Shown here one piece after another: positions 9,848-22,200 of a stretch of DNA of 64,000 nucleotides. A model generated the notes under the pieces. That model was not told where the DNA came from and made no database searches. It saw only the letters and a program-made list of their open reading frames with translations. The DNA comes from Setoptus koraiensis (taxonomy: Eukaryota > Animalia > Arthropoda), in assembly GCA_048013815.1 (NCBI GenBank), contig CM106585.1, positions 4,836,001-4,900,000 on the forward strand, in the 5' to 3' direction. The position numbers were made by a program, and so were the translations under genes. The number at the start of each line of letters is the position of its first letter. Within the stretch, counting starts at the first letter, position 1.

Positions 9848-11550
9848 TAGGCGTATATCTGGCGTATCGCGCCCATGATGCGTACATTGCGCATACTGGG
9901 CCCGTATTGTCCCGTATTCGCCGTAACCGAATGAGTGTGCCCAGCCCGGCGGACATGTTTGTGTGTGCGGACGCAACGAAGCAAAACATCGAGATGGATA
10001 TTGCCGGGCTCCATTAGCGGGCCCGCGCACGCCCGAGCCGGTAAACCGGGCGCCGCTCTCGGCACGCTTGCCGCTTGTCGGGCCACTCGGGCACGTCGCT
10101 CGCTACCTGTCGCGGGCCGAAACGCTTGTCGCCTGTCGCCAGTCACATTCCGGCTCGCCTCGTCGGACTAGAAGCGCCGAGTTGCGGTGACAGCGTCGCC
10201 AAAAACACGCCAGGTAACTGGGTCTCTGGCCACTAAAGGCCAACAATTTGAACAACACGGGCCGGCCCGTTTGTGCGCGCGCGGCCCATCACTGGCCGCT
10301 CAATTAAAGTTGTGTCGTGGCATGTGCCTGGCCAGTGTCCACTCAACGAGGCCCCAAATGGGCCCCACGGGCAACCATGGCCAACCCAGTGGCCGGCCCG
10401 CCGTAAGCCGCGCATAAAAATAATAAGAAATGGCACGCCGTGACATGTTTTGCTAACAGAGGCGAGCCTAATCTAATATTGAAATTCTTGCAAATTGTCG
10501 GCGCCGCCGAGCTCGTGCGCATGTTACCTGGCCAACGCGCCGGATAAAGCGAATGAAGCGAGAATGGCCCAAGCGCGCCCAAGGTCGCCCCCTGTCGGCA
10601 GAGGCGCGCGCGCACGCGGGTTGGCCAAGCGCGAACCAGCGTCAATAGTTTTTGCAGCCGCTGACAGCATCACTTGCAGCGGCTAGATACAGGTGAGGCA
10701 CTCACCTGTACCTAGCCGCTGCAACGAACGCAACCCGCCGCCGCCAACGAACCGGCGCCGCTCCGCCGGTCCGTGTCCGGTGCCTGTTCGCGGCGCCCGT
10801 ATCAGGCGAGCCGGTTTGTTGACAGCGGCGGGCCGCGTTTGTTTGCTGACCACTGTCGCCTCGACTGTCGCGTCGCAAATGAGGCCTCGCTGAGGCGCGA
10901 CGCGCAGCGTCTGTTGTTTGCCTTTGCGGGACCCGGCTCCGTCCCGCTAAAACGACGGGTCCATTAACGGGCCGATTGCCGCAACACTTGCCGCGACACT
11001 TGGCCTTGCCAGCTTGTTACAAATGCGACCGTGTGGCTCAGACGCCGGTCGGGGCGCCCTCGCCGCGCTCACACGCACATCCGTGCACACATCGCACGGT
11101 CGCCGAGCCCGCGAGCCGCGTCGGCAGCTCGGCCGCGTCGGGCCGCGTCTCGGCGGGCGCATCGATGAATGGACGGCGCCGTTTGTTGCGACTCGCGACA
11201 GTAAACACCAATAAACGGGCGCGTATTGGCGCAGCCGAAATTGAGTTTGTGTCGGCGCTCACAATTTCCGACGGCGCGGGGCCCGTGGCGCGGCGACATC
11301 TCCACGGCGCGGCTGGCGGATCGATTCGCACAAGTGTCGACACTTTTGACGCGCAAGTGCTCATATTTCTCGCGGCACATTGATTATTAATAACGGGAAT
11401 TCTCGAAAGCGCCACTCGGGCGCTGTTGAGAAGCTGTGAAATCGTGACAAGCTGTGCGAGCGGAGCCCCAAAAGCGAGAGCAGATATATCGCTGCAAAGG
11501 GGCAATTTTTTTCGCGGCAAGCACGACGGACGACGATAGTCGGTCGCACT

Positions 11551-11640
11551 TTCTGGCGCTTTCTGGCGCTTTCTGGCGCTTTCTGGCGCTTTCTGGCAGT
11601 TTCTGGCAGTTTCTGGCAGTTTCTGGCAGTTTTTGGCGGT
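11551..11640. repeat. 10-bp tandem repeat, 9 copies in two variant blocks
   Basis: ttctggcgct x4, ttctggcagt x4, then ttttggcggt. Confidence 0.92.
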
Positions 11641-13550
11641 TGCCCGCGATGCAAATGCAGCGCGCCGAGGAGCAGCGAAACAAAGAGAATTTCTGCCTTC
11701 TCGTTGCGCATCGACGAGACTTGATGCAGGCCGGCTGGCTGGCGTCAACTGGGGCCCATTTGCGCCCCATCCATATATTACATATTATGTCGGGTGTATA
11801 TTGCCCGGGTCGGATGGGGCCGCAATTGCGTCTAGACAGGGGCATTTTTCAATCAATTTTCGAGCGGCGGCGGCGGACCAATTGCACGGAAATTGGCGCG
11901 CGCCAAGCGACAGGCTCCTCTATGCGCTGCACGCATCTGGAAATTGCCCAACATCCGGTTCGGCGAGCATTTCGAGTTGTGGCCAGCATTTCGGGCCCGA
12001 TGCATTGTTTGCGTGCGCTTGTTTGAGCGCCCGTTCGAGCGCCCGTTCGAGCGCCCGTTCGAGAGCTCGTGGCCCCGCAGACACAGCACGCGCAAGCCGG
12101 CGAAGGGCGCCATAAACCGGTAAAAGGTGCTATATGTTCGCTGGTCATCGCTGACCGGCGCTGCACGGCCGATGGGGCCCGTTCACAGGTGTAATAAGTA
12201 GACACTTGGCCGGCGAGATAACGTGCACAATTGATTGTGCTAAGCACGCGCGCTCGTGTTGCGCGTGCTGCGCGTGCTGCCCAGTTGATGCAACGAGTTG
12301 ATGTAACGAGTTGATGTGTAACGGCGAGCCGAGAAGCGTTCTCAGAGAGGCGCCCCCTCAGAACAGGCAAAAGAACACACGTCGGCGGCCAATGATAGCC
12401 GATAAATCATCATACTATCCGCTGTGCGTACACGCTCGCCGTATATTCACGTGCCGCGCGAAACGGTTAATAACGGTATTTGTAATATTTGTATCATCCG
12501 CAGCGCGCTGTCAGTATTTATTGGGGCGGCTTAGCGAACAACCCGTAACAATTGTCCGCACATTAGTTACGTAATAATGTTGTTGCTGTTGCGCAACAAA
12601 TATTTTCTACAAATAGACAGATTGTATAAATGTAAAATATGGCTATTTTGGGCTACATTGGCCCAATGTATCTACTGTGTCTGCTGAGCACTGTTGTTAA
12701 CTGATGAGGCATAACGGTTTGAGTTTATCGAGTGATCATTTCGCCGGCTATCTCGCGTATTTAGCTGGTGTTTAGTTCGCGCTGAGCAAACAGCTAAACA
12801 GCAAACAATAATAGATAATGTTGGTTGCGAACGAAATCGAAGCGACCCAAGCGAAAATTTCACCTCTTTTCAAATTTATCGCGCGCAACCGTTATCGCAA
12901 CGCGCGTTTCACGCTCGCTGCATCGTGGGCCCCGGCCGAACAAACTCGAAGCGGCCTAGCGAATATCCGTCCGTTGGTCTCGTCTGTATCAGTTGTAGGC
13001 GCGTTGTCACCCGACGAGCAGCCGTTGGAAGCGGCCGACGCCAGCCAGAAATGCGATCACTCAATAATCGACCCTTGGGCTTTTGCGGGCCTCAATTATT
13101 CAAACACCAACATCCACAACACTCTCTGACTTCCTGGTTGGGCCAGCGCAGCGGATTAGCGTATGGCGGGCGCAAACTGGCTCTCGGTGTGCACCTTTGC
13201 ACCAATGGGCACCGGGCCGGAGCAAACCTCCCGAGTCATGCTCTCAAATCTCGCTAGCTGACTGCCAGAACGAGTGCTCTTGTCCCCGAATCTCGTGCCC
13301 GAACGCGGAAATGTGTGATTTTCCCCGTTTTGTTTTGCATTTTGGGATTCAAAGAACTCGAACAAGTTGAAAATTCGGGGTCGCATCACGGATTCACGAT
13401 TCATGAATCTGATCGGCTCGCCATGATGAACGTCGCGCATGTAAATGCATCGAACCGGCAGCATTCGGACTAACAAGCGGAAAGGTCGCCCTGTTCGCAT
13501 TCCCCGTTTGACCGAAGGTCTCTCCATCGCCCATCGCACCCATCGCGGTC

Positions 13551-13606
13551 AGCAGGTCCGAGCGGTTCCGAGCGGTTCCGAGCGGTTCCGAGCGGATCCG
13601 AGCGGA
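13551..13606. repeat. 10-bp tandem repeat (agcggttccg), ~5.5 copies
   Basis: Read directly from the sequence. Confidence 0.9.
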
Positions 13607-15864
13607 ACTGGGCCAAATATTATTTTAGTCGGAATCGCGCGGAACAATTCCGCGAAAGCGGCATGTATCAGACCGAAACGGGGCAAAAACCCCGCATATT
13701 TGTGTGTCGGGTACACCATGTACCGTACGCACGAGCCGTATGAAACGCGTGTCCGGGGCCTGTATCAGCTCAGATTTGCTTGTCAGTCGGCTTGTTTGGG
13801 CCACTTGCAACGGAGTGCTGTCACGCGCCAACAACAATACCCTTGCCGCTCGCGAGCGGCAAGGGTATCCGCCGGAAATTGTAAAAAGCGCGAGCGGCGT
13901 CACGAAGGCCGCCCGAAGATTGATTGAATGTGGCCGAATTGAAGGCGGACAGCCTCGGGCAACTACGGGCACCGCTGCCGGGCCGCATCCATTTCGATAC
14001 ACTTAGATGGCTTCTCAGCCGGCCGGCCAGCCGGCCAGCCGAGCGGTGGCTCGCTGAAAATTGTTTATTGTTGTTGTGGCCGTTCAATGCCAACCGACAG
14101 CAGTGCACGGCACGGGAATAAATTGCATTTGTCATATCTGTCACACACGTCATAAATCTGGCCATATATGAGGGGGGACACATACAATGATATATATATA
14201 TTGCTGCTGTTGTTGTCGCCGGTCGCTGGCTGGCCGGCGACAACAACAGCAGCCTTTTTGGTGCTCTTATCGGCGCACCAAAAATGACCAAGTGGCGCCA
14301 GTTGACCATACCCCGTTCAGGTGAGCACCGGCGCAGTGCGACTGAAATTGGGCCCCATAAAAGTGCTCGAGTCGTAGCGGTCGAAGGTACATTTTGAGCT
14401 GCGTGTCGCACAGGCCGAGCACATCCGACTCAATGGGCGACCATCACAACCAGTGTGATTTGTGTGATTTATGGCACCAGATAGCCACGATTTGGATGGG
14501 CCATTTGTACGGGCCAGCAACAGATACCCACGACGCAATTCACCCGCAAAGATACCTGGGCACGCTGCAACCCGAAACAGCGACGTTTACGGTTCATACC
14601 GTGTGAATCACATGCGACCGGGTGCCTCAATGCTCGGTCGCAACTGGCCTCAGTTTTGGGTCAAATTCATCCTTCAGCATGGCGTCCTTGCCACGCCGAG
14701 ACACCGGATGCTGGCTTTGGTGTCCGGGTTCCGGGATTCGCGCTCTGGGTTTGGGGCTGCAGGCTGCGCGTTGCGGATGCCAGGCTGCGGGCCGAATGTC
14801 GGACCCGCGGCTCGGGCGTGCCAACTAAACCGAGGCCCACAATGGAAAATTGGCCCCTTCCGCCGCTCAAACTGAAACCGGCCCGTCTGGTTGGCCGACC
14901 TCTGGCAGTCACGCGGAGTCTTGTGTGAATTTTAGTGCGAAAAAAGCCGCGCTCGTCGGGCCGATTCTCTGGCTGTCAGGGCAATTCCGTGAGTGTCAGG
15001 GCAATCGTGGGGCCCAGGTAACAATGGCGCAGCGGGTGCGACAGTGGCAAGGGCCGTGGGCAGTTGTTAGCCGACGGTTGAACTCACGACGCGGTCAGCG
15101 CGACCCGTCGCCACCAGCAACCGCCAGCCGGGCCACCGCTGACAGTTAATAGGCTCGATAACGGTTATTACGGTGCGCATTACATAATACTTGTTGGCTT
15201 GATGCCGTTGCGCCGGCCAACAAGTTAGGTGAGTGAAATGCGCAAACGGCCAGCCAGTCCGAGCGGCTTGCCTCCCCGTTTGCCTCCCAGTTTGCTCCCC
15301 CCCCCCGTTTGCGGGCCATGTGACAGTCATATTGGGCTTGCGGAAGTGCTGCCATTTGGTGCCGTTTGGTGCTGCTTGGTGTTGTTTGGTGCCCTGTCTG
15401 GCGCGGCACGGGTAATGCGCTCGCCGTTAGCGGCACACAACCGGGCGGCCCAGTAAGTTATGTAAGTGTCTTGTTTAAATTTAATGTTTATCTTATCGGC
15501 GCTCACCCAAATTTGCACCCACTCTATGAGCTCATAACGGCTTTGCGTCCATGCTTGCGGGGGGGGGGGGTAAACTCCGCAACTAAGTCGCAGAGTCGCC
15601 TCACATCCGCTGGGGCCCCGGCCCCAGCGCCAGAATCTTGTGCCGAGCCGGCCGCGCAGCAAAATGCACGCTTACGAAAACTGCGCGCACAGTGTCATAA
15701 ACTATTTTGACACGCCAAGTTTGAAAGTTAATGATGGGCCCCACTTGTCACTGTGCAGTCAAGTGATCGTTGGTCGTTAGCTCAAATAATGGGGCCCCTC
15801 GCCGAAATCCTGTGTGTCGTGTGTGCCCCAGCGATGGCTTCAATCTCGCGAGTCGCATGACATA

Positions 15865-15942
15865 CGCAACCTCTGGCGATAATGCGCAACCTCTGGCGAT
15901 AATACGCGACCTCTGGCGATAATGCACAACGTCTAGCGATAA
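15865..15942. repeat. 20-bp tandem repeat (cgcaacctctggcgataatr), ~4 copies
   Basis: Read directly from the sequence. Confidence 0.88.
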
Positions 15943-18579
15943 ACTTGCCAACAGGCATCTCGACAAACTTCAACGTGCACACAGTAGCAGTTACATCAGC
16001 AGTCTTGCGCATAATTTATATACATGACAGTAAATGAAAGCAACGGTGAGCCGGCACATTCCGATACGTGTGCGTGCTGTTATATACATATATTACATAA
16101 TTATTAATACAAGTATTAATAGTGCTCGCACCGTCGGCAGCCCAAGTCTGGAAAGCCTCAAATGTCGGGCAAACGTTGCCGAGCCCGAGCCCGCGCTCTC
16201 GATCCGCTCGACGCGAAATTGTCGGCCCGTAATTGGCCCTATCCGCCACTTTATCCTTGCGCGCCGGCCCGGGCGCCTCACGGGCCGCCAATTATCCTCT
16301 CTTCTGGCGACCACATATGACGACTGTCTGCCAGACGGTAAATTTATAGCGTCTGCTCAGATCTGAGCAAACGCTATAAATTTATTATATAAGTTATGCC
16401 GGCCCGGGTCACCGCGCGACACTCGCGGATATTCGTGCGCGTCCGCGGACATGCGGCGGATATTCGTGCGCGTCCGCGGATATGCCGCGCCAACATGGAT
16501 GACGCAAGTAGTGATCGCCAGTCGCCTGTTTGCAGCAAATGAATATCCACGGCGGACGGATATTCACGCAATCGGGCGAGTTCCGCCGGAGAATTCCCCG
16601 TCTGGCGCTGGCTCGTCCTCTAGCGCTGGCTTGTTCTCTCAGCCTGAGAGTCTCGGGCGACCGAGGCCGGCCCAAATCGCATCGATTTATCCGCACAGCC
16701 GGCACAGATTATGCGCAGGTTTCTCCGGTGGCGAATAATGTGACAAGTGCCCGTCGCTTGCGTAACTTGTTAGCAGTTGGCGGCAAGAGCGTCTCGGTGA
16801 CGCCATGTCGGCGCGTCGATGCTAACGCTGACTAATGACCCAGCCAATTTGAGACTCGATGCGATCAGCAAAAGAGTCGGCGTTTTGTTTCATTGGGCTC
16901 CAATGATTGCCCCCCCTCCCCCAAGCCCCGATAAGTGGCCTCTGAGGCGCCCGGAATCCTTGACTGATGCTGTGCAGTTGGGGGGTTTCTTGTGGCGCGC
17001 TCGCAGTTTACAAATCAATTTGTTTGTTTGTATCGCGCGCTGGCTTTCGATGGCTGCGCATCGGGGCCCCTCGCAACAATAATGCCCACTGACAAATGGC
17101 CCCCGCTCTCGCTCTTTATCCGTCGCTCCCCCGTCCCCCTCTCTCGCTTTATCCGTCTCGCCCCCTTATCCATCTCGCTGTCTGTCTGTCTATGTTTGTT
17201 CCCGGAATACACTGCATAATGGGCGAGTGGCTGCAGTGGTCAACGGGCGCCGTGTGTGTCGAGTCAATCGATCATTATTTGTCGCCATGGCGACCGACGC
17301 GCCAATATTACATACACATAGTGAGTGCGTTATATGCGGCGGCGGCGGCGGCGGCGGCGCACGAGCGCAACACGAGTCCGCCGTTACGACGTAATCGCTA
17401 ATTGCCGCCAGCTTGTATGTGCACGTTGCACGTGCAGCTCGTGCAGCTCGTGCAGCAAGACACTGCTCGTGCCAGTCGTGTCAGCTACTGCGCATCGCTC
17501 ACCTGACTGGCCGAATTGACGGCCGCTCGCCGCTTAATGTATCGGTGGCGGCGCGCACCGGCCAGCCGGCCAAGTGATTGGCGCGTTACGCAATAATGCC
17601 AGTGCTCCAGTTACTATCAGCGCAACGGCTCACGGTGATGTCGCCCACGCCTGGCTGGCACGTCTGGCCAGACGACTGGTCAGCGGCCGCTGCGGGCCCC
17701 CGATCCCGCTGCGATCGATTCAATTTTGACCCTCCCCCGGGGCACTTGTGCGCGGTTGTGCCGGTGACGGCGCAACTTGTCGGCGGCCAGCAGTGATTTG
17801 TCACTCGAATACTCGAATGTCTCCATTATTATCGATGGTGCCCGGCTGGCGCCCGAACGCCGATATATACTCCCATATACTCCCACATACTCTGTATAGG
17901 GCACACTGAGCCGCTTGCCGGTTGGCCGAGAGGGGAGGCATATGATTATTACGCGCTTGTAATAGACACTGTCAATCAGCGGCCCGCTAGCTGGCGTTTG
18001 TTTGCTTGATTTATCTCCCCCGGCCGGCCGTCTTTGGGCCGTGCTGCGAACGCATTTATCTCTGACAAATATATCTGTGGCCAAATATATCTCAACGACA
18101 AACCGCCGGCCCGCTGGCCAGCGACGCAGCCAGCCAGAGCCGGCCAGAACTGGCCCCGACCGACTTATCTGACTCATCGGGCCGGCCGGCCGGCCGGCCC
18201 GCGAGTCACACACACACTGTGTACTACACAGTGTGTATGATACGCGCCGCCCGCTCTGTAGGATACGGCCCGACGGCCCGACGGTCGCGCCGGCGACACA
18301 TGACACTGCTCGTGTCGGCCGGCCGCGATAATGCAATCGCGTCGCCAGTCTCTCTTTATCGCATATATCAAATAATAACGTACTAATCTGTCTTCCTGCC
18401 TTGTTATCTCCCGTCAAATCCATTTATCTCCCTCTCGCTCCCTCTATATAAATAACGAACGATGGCCAAATGCGACAAACTACCGGCCGACCATAAACAA
18501 CAACAACAACAACTCGCCAACGATATATATCGGGCCATATATTGGGTTGCGGTCATATTGCACGCAAACGTGTGCCCGA

Positions 18580-18663
18580 CAAAATATACAACAAAATATA
18601 CAACGAAATATACAACGAAATATACAACGAAATATACAACGAAATATACAACGAAATATACAA
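18580..18663. repeat. 12-bp tandem repeat (cgaaatatacaa), 7 copies
   Basis: Read directly from the sequence; it explains the TTKY and FVVY repeat ORFs in the track. Confidence 0.92.
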
Positions 18664-19271
18664 ACAAAATATCGGCTTGCGCGCCCGTTAATAACCGCAA
18701 TTGTGTCACTGCTGTCAATTGATAATCTTGCGCCCATCGCACATTTCGGACACTGACAACACGCTGAAAAATTGTGCCGGCCGGAAAATGGCCCCCGACA
18801 CACAACTGACACCTCATGGCTGCAACGGGCTCGCCAACGCAAACAAAACAACAACCGCCACCTCGAACCAACCAACCACCGAACTTCCGGCGCCCTTGGG
18901 CCCGCTCGAATGGGGCCCCGAATCAATTGATGTGTCGCAATTGGCGCCACTTATCATTATGTGCTCGTTACCGGTGCGCTACTGGTTGGCGCTGTAAAAC
19001 CGCCGGGCGGCACTATGTTTCACCTGCGTCAACATTGCCGGGTCCCGGCAACATCATACCATGCCATTTAATGTATTATAATATATTACGTAATATATTA
19101 TTGCGATCGCCATACATCACCACGTGCCATGCATCACCACGTGCCATATATCACCGGTGATCGCTGTGTCTGCACTGTTGTTCCGGCGCTCACCCGACGC
19201 TCGCCCGGCCCGTGCCCGGCCCGTGCCCCGCGCTCACCTGGCCACTCACCTGGCGCCTCGTGGAAGCGCAG

Positions 19272-22200
19272 AGGTGTCTCGTTTGTGTCGCTGGACCTGG
19301 GCTCGACACGCCTCATTGACCAATGCGCCAAGAGCAAGAACGAGGCCATATTTGCCCAAACAAACCAGTGCGGAGCCATCGACAACAGCGAGGTAAGTAG
19401 GCGCTCCAAGTCTTGTCAGTGGTTGTCAGTCGTTTGGGGGCCCGCAAGTGGGCCCAGTGGCGCCGCTAGCTTAAAATTGGCAACGAGAAACGGCAACAAT
19501 AACAACGCAAACTAGCGGCTGCTTTGCACAAAAGCGCCTGTCAGTGTCACCGGTCGCCAATTTGTGGGCCGCCGGCTACAACTGGGGCCCTGGTATGAGT
19601 GCATCACGCCAGCGCCAGAGACCGATATCGATCGCCGGCTGACCGGCCCAGCCCGAGCCGCATTTCGGCCAGCTCAGATTGGCCAGACGTGCTGCCGGCA
19701 AACTCAAGCGTTGCGACAACGAAAGACAACAACGGCTCGCCGGACAAACGCAATGGGCCCCAAACAGCCCAAGTAGCCGAGCTGGCCGAGCTGGCCGAAA
19801 TGGGCCCCAAACAGCGCAAATAGGCAAGTGCGCCAGTTAGTCAAGATTAAACGGCCGAGAGCCGAGGGCCGAGGCGCCGGCCCAATGTGGGCCCGCTAGA
19901 TTAGATTAGTTGATCCCGTCTTTCGTCTCGTCTCGTGCTCCCTCTTCATTGATCTCCTATCTGTGCCCGCTCGCTGTCAGTGAGTCACTGAATTGCAGTG
20001 TGCGTGTGCATTAGCGAGCCAACATTGACGGGCCCCATCGCGGCTCGCAGGGCTCTGGTGGCGCCATTATCATTGATAAGTCCCCCTACCCCCCGAACGG
20101 GGGCGGCGCCAACTGCAAATTATCTGCGCAATTAAGTCGGCAAAGTTTGCTGCCCCCAGGTGTCAACGCCGCGCACGCTGGCCCCCAATCTGGGGCCCAC
20201 TTTAGAATCTGGGGCTCGCATCTGTGGCGCGCCAACTGCAACTGACTTTGTGTGTCATGTATCTCGTCGTTATTATTATCCCATTGTGTCGCTCGCCGTC
20301 GCTCGTCGTCGCTGCTCGCCGCTCGTCGTCGCTTGTCGTCGCTGTTCTCGTCACCGGCCCGCTCGCCCGCGCGGCCCAACCGGGCCCCTTCCGCCAGATC
20401 GTTTCGCGATACTCGGGCCAGATTGTTTCGCGATGCTCGGGCCAGATTGTTGCGCGATACTCGGGCTAGATTGTTGTCGCGAGTCGCGAGCTTGCTCGCT
20501 GCACAGCACGCGCTCGTAACGGCCCGTCTAGCGGCCCGCGAGCGCGTGCTCCGGCGCCTCTCACCTGGCGGCCGCCGCCAGGCGAGTTTTGGTCGCTGTG
20601 GGGCCGCCAAGGCGCTCGCCAAGTGGCCCTAAATGACATTACGACGCTGCCGATGTGAGCGTGTTTATGCGCGAGTGTTAGCGGGCCGACGACGGGCGAC
20701 GGGCGCCGGTCGGCCGACGACGGGCCAGACCACGCGCCAGATGCGCGCTGTCTGCTGTCTGGCCACCAAGTCGGCGCACCGTAATTTATTCAGCCGCCGA
20801 GCCGGCCCGGGCGGAGCTAGCCGGACCGCGGGCCCGCAAGCAGCCATGGGAACGCTGGCAGCGCCCACTGTGCGCCAATTACGACAACAACAACAGCGAC
20901 AATAGCGACAACAACAACAGCGACAACAGCGACAACAACAACAGCGAAAGCGACAACAACGACATGGGCGACAATTGCAACTCGCAACAATGGCTGCCGA
21001 TTCGCTGGCGGCGCGACGTGATTCGTGGCGGGCGCCCTCGAACGGGCTCGACTAGCCGCGTTGCCGTGCGGGCCGGCTCCAGCGGCAAGTCACTTCTCGA
21101 TTTCACACTGAGCGGATTAGGCGACACACACACACGCACACACACGCGGGCGCAATTGTGTCATTGGGTAATGGCGTTTAAATTGAATTGTAATCATTCT
21201 ATAATCATATCATATCTGGCGCTGTTGTTGTCGCTGTTGTTGTCGCTGTTGCTGTCGCCGTTGTTGTCGCTGTCGCTGTTGTCGCTGTTGTCGCTGTTGT
21301 CGCTGCTGTTGTCGTTGTTGTTGTCGCTGGCTGCTTGGTTGCACAACGACAACAGCGACAACAGCGACAACAGACGACAACGCCAGACAACGGGGCCCGC
21401 CAGCGAGCCGCCACTCGGAGCCAATCGGGCCTGGACGAGCCCGCCGAGCCATTAAATTGATTGGCACACACACACACACACACTTGCCAACGATTGATGA
21501 TGATCTCGCTGGCGTCCACTCGCCGCTGATTGCGTCGTTGCGACACCGACACCAACAGCAACAACGGCAACACCGACACCAACGCCAACAACGGCAACAA
21601 CGACGACAGCGCCAACTGCGACAACCGCGACACAAACGACAAATGCCGCCACGACTACGACCGTGACATTATTGGGCCCAGTCGCCAATATATAGGCGGA
21701 TCAATTGAAATTAAACACGAGCATAATGAAATAAAATATCCACTAACTATCCGGGCCGGCCCGGCTGCGCGCCTTCGTGCCTTTGTGTCGGGCTGCGCGC
21801 CCTCGCGCCTTTGTGTCCAGCTGCGCGTGTCGTAATGTCGCTTGTATCGCCCAGTGTAAGGACGCCAGCGGGCCGGCCCGCTGGACGCCAGCTAAGCCGG
21901 CCGCTCGGCGGGCCCCAAAGGGTCCGCGTGCATATCATGCCCGCCGAGCGCTCCAAATTGGGCATAATTTTTCACTTTCAGACACTCTCAGGCGCGCTTG
22001 CGCTACCTCACGATCCAACTGGGGCCAAACGGGGCCAATGGGGCCAAATGGGGCCCGCCGAGCTGCTCACTGCCAGCGCGAGCTGCCGCTGGCCCCAGTT
22101 AAAGTGCAAGGGTCTGACTTGGCGTGGCTGCTTCAATTGTTTGCGAATCAAACTTTCACTTTATGGCCCTGGCGAGCTGTAATCTGTGGCGCACTCGTCG

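Noticed and set aside
14247-14320. Possible upstream GPCR exon (donor ag/gtgagc would give PFR-GV on joining 19272)
   Set aside because: The phase fits, but the upstream translation lacks the expected W..PY..C / W.VT Cache motifs, so it is not supportable.
7558-19200. Many 60-260 aa Arg/Ala/Pro-rich ORFs on both strands (e.g. 8335-9117, 11038-11748, 17680-18423)
   Set aside because: They overlap in several frames, run through microsatellites and tandem repeats, and show no motifs, as expected from stop-codon scarcity in GC-rich DNA.
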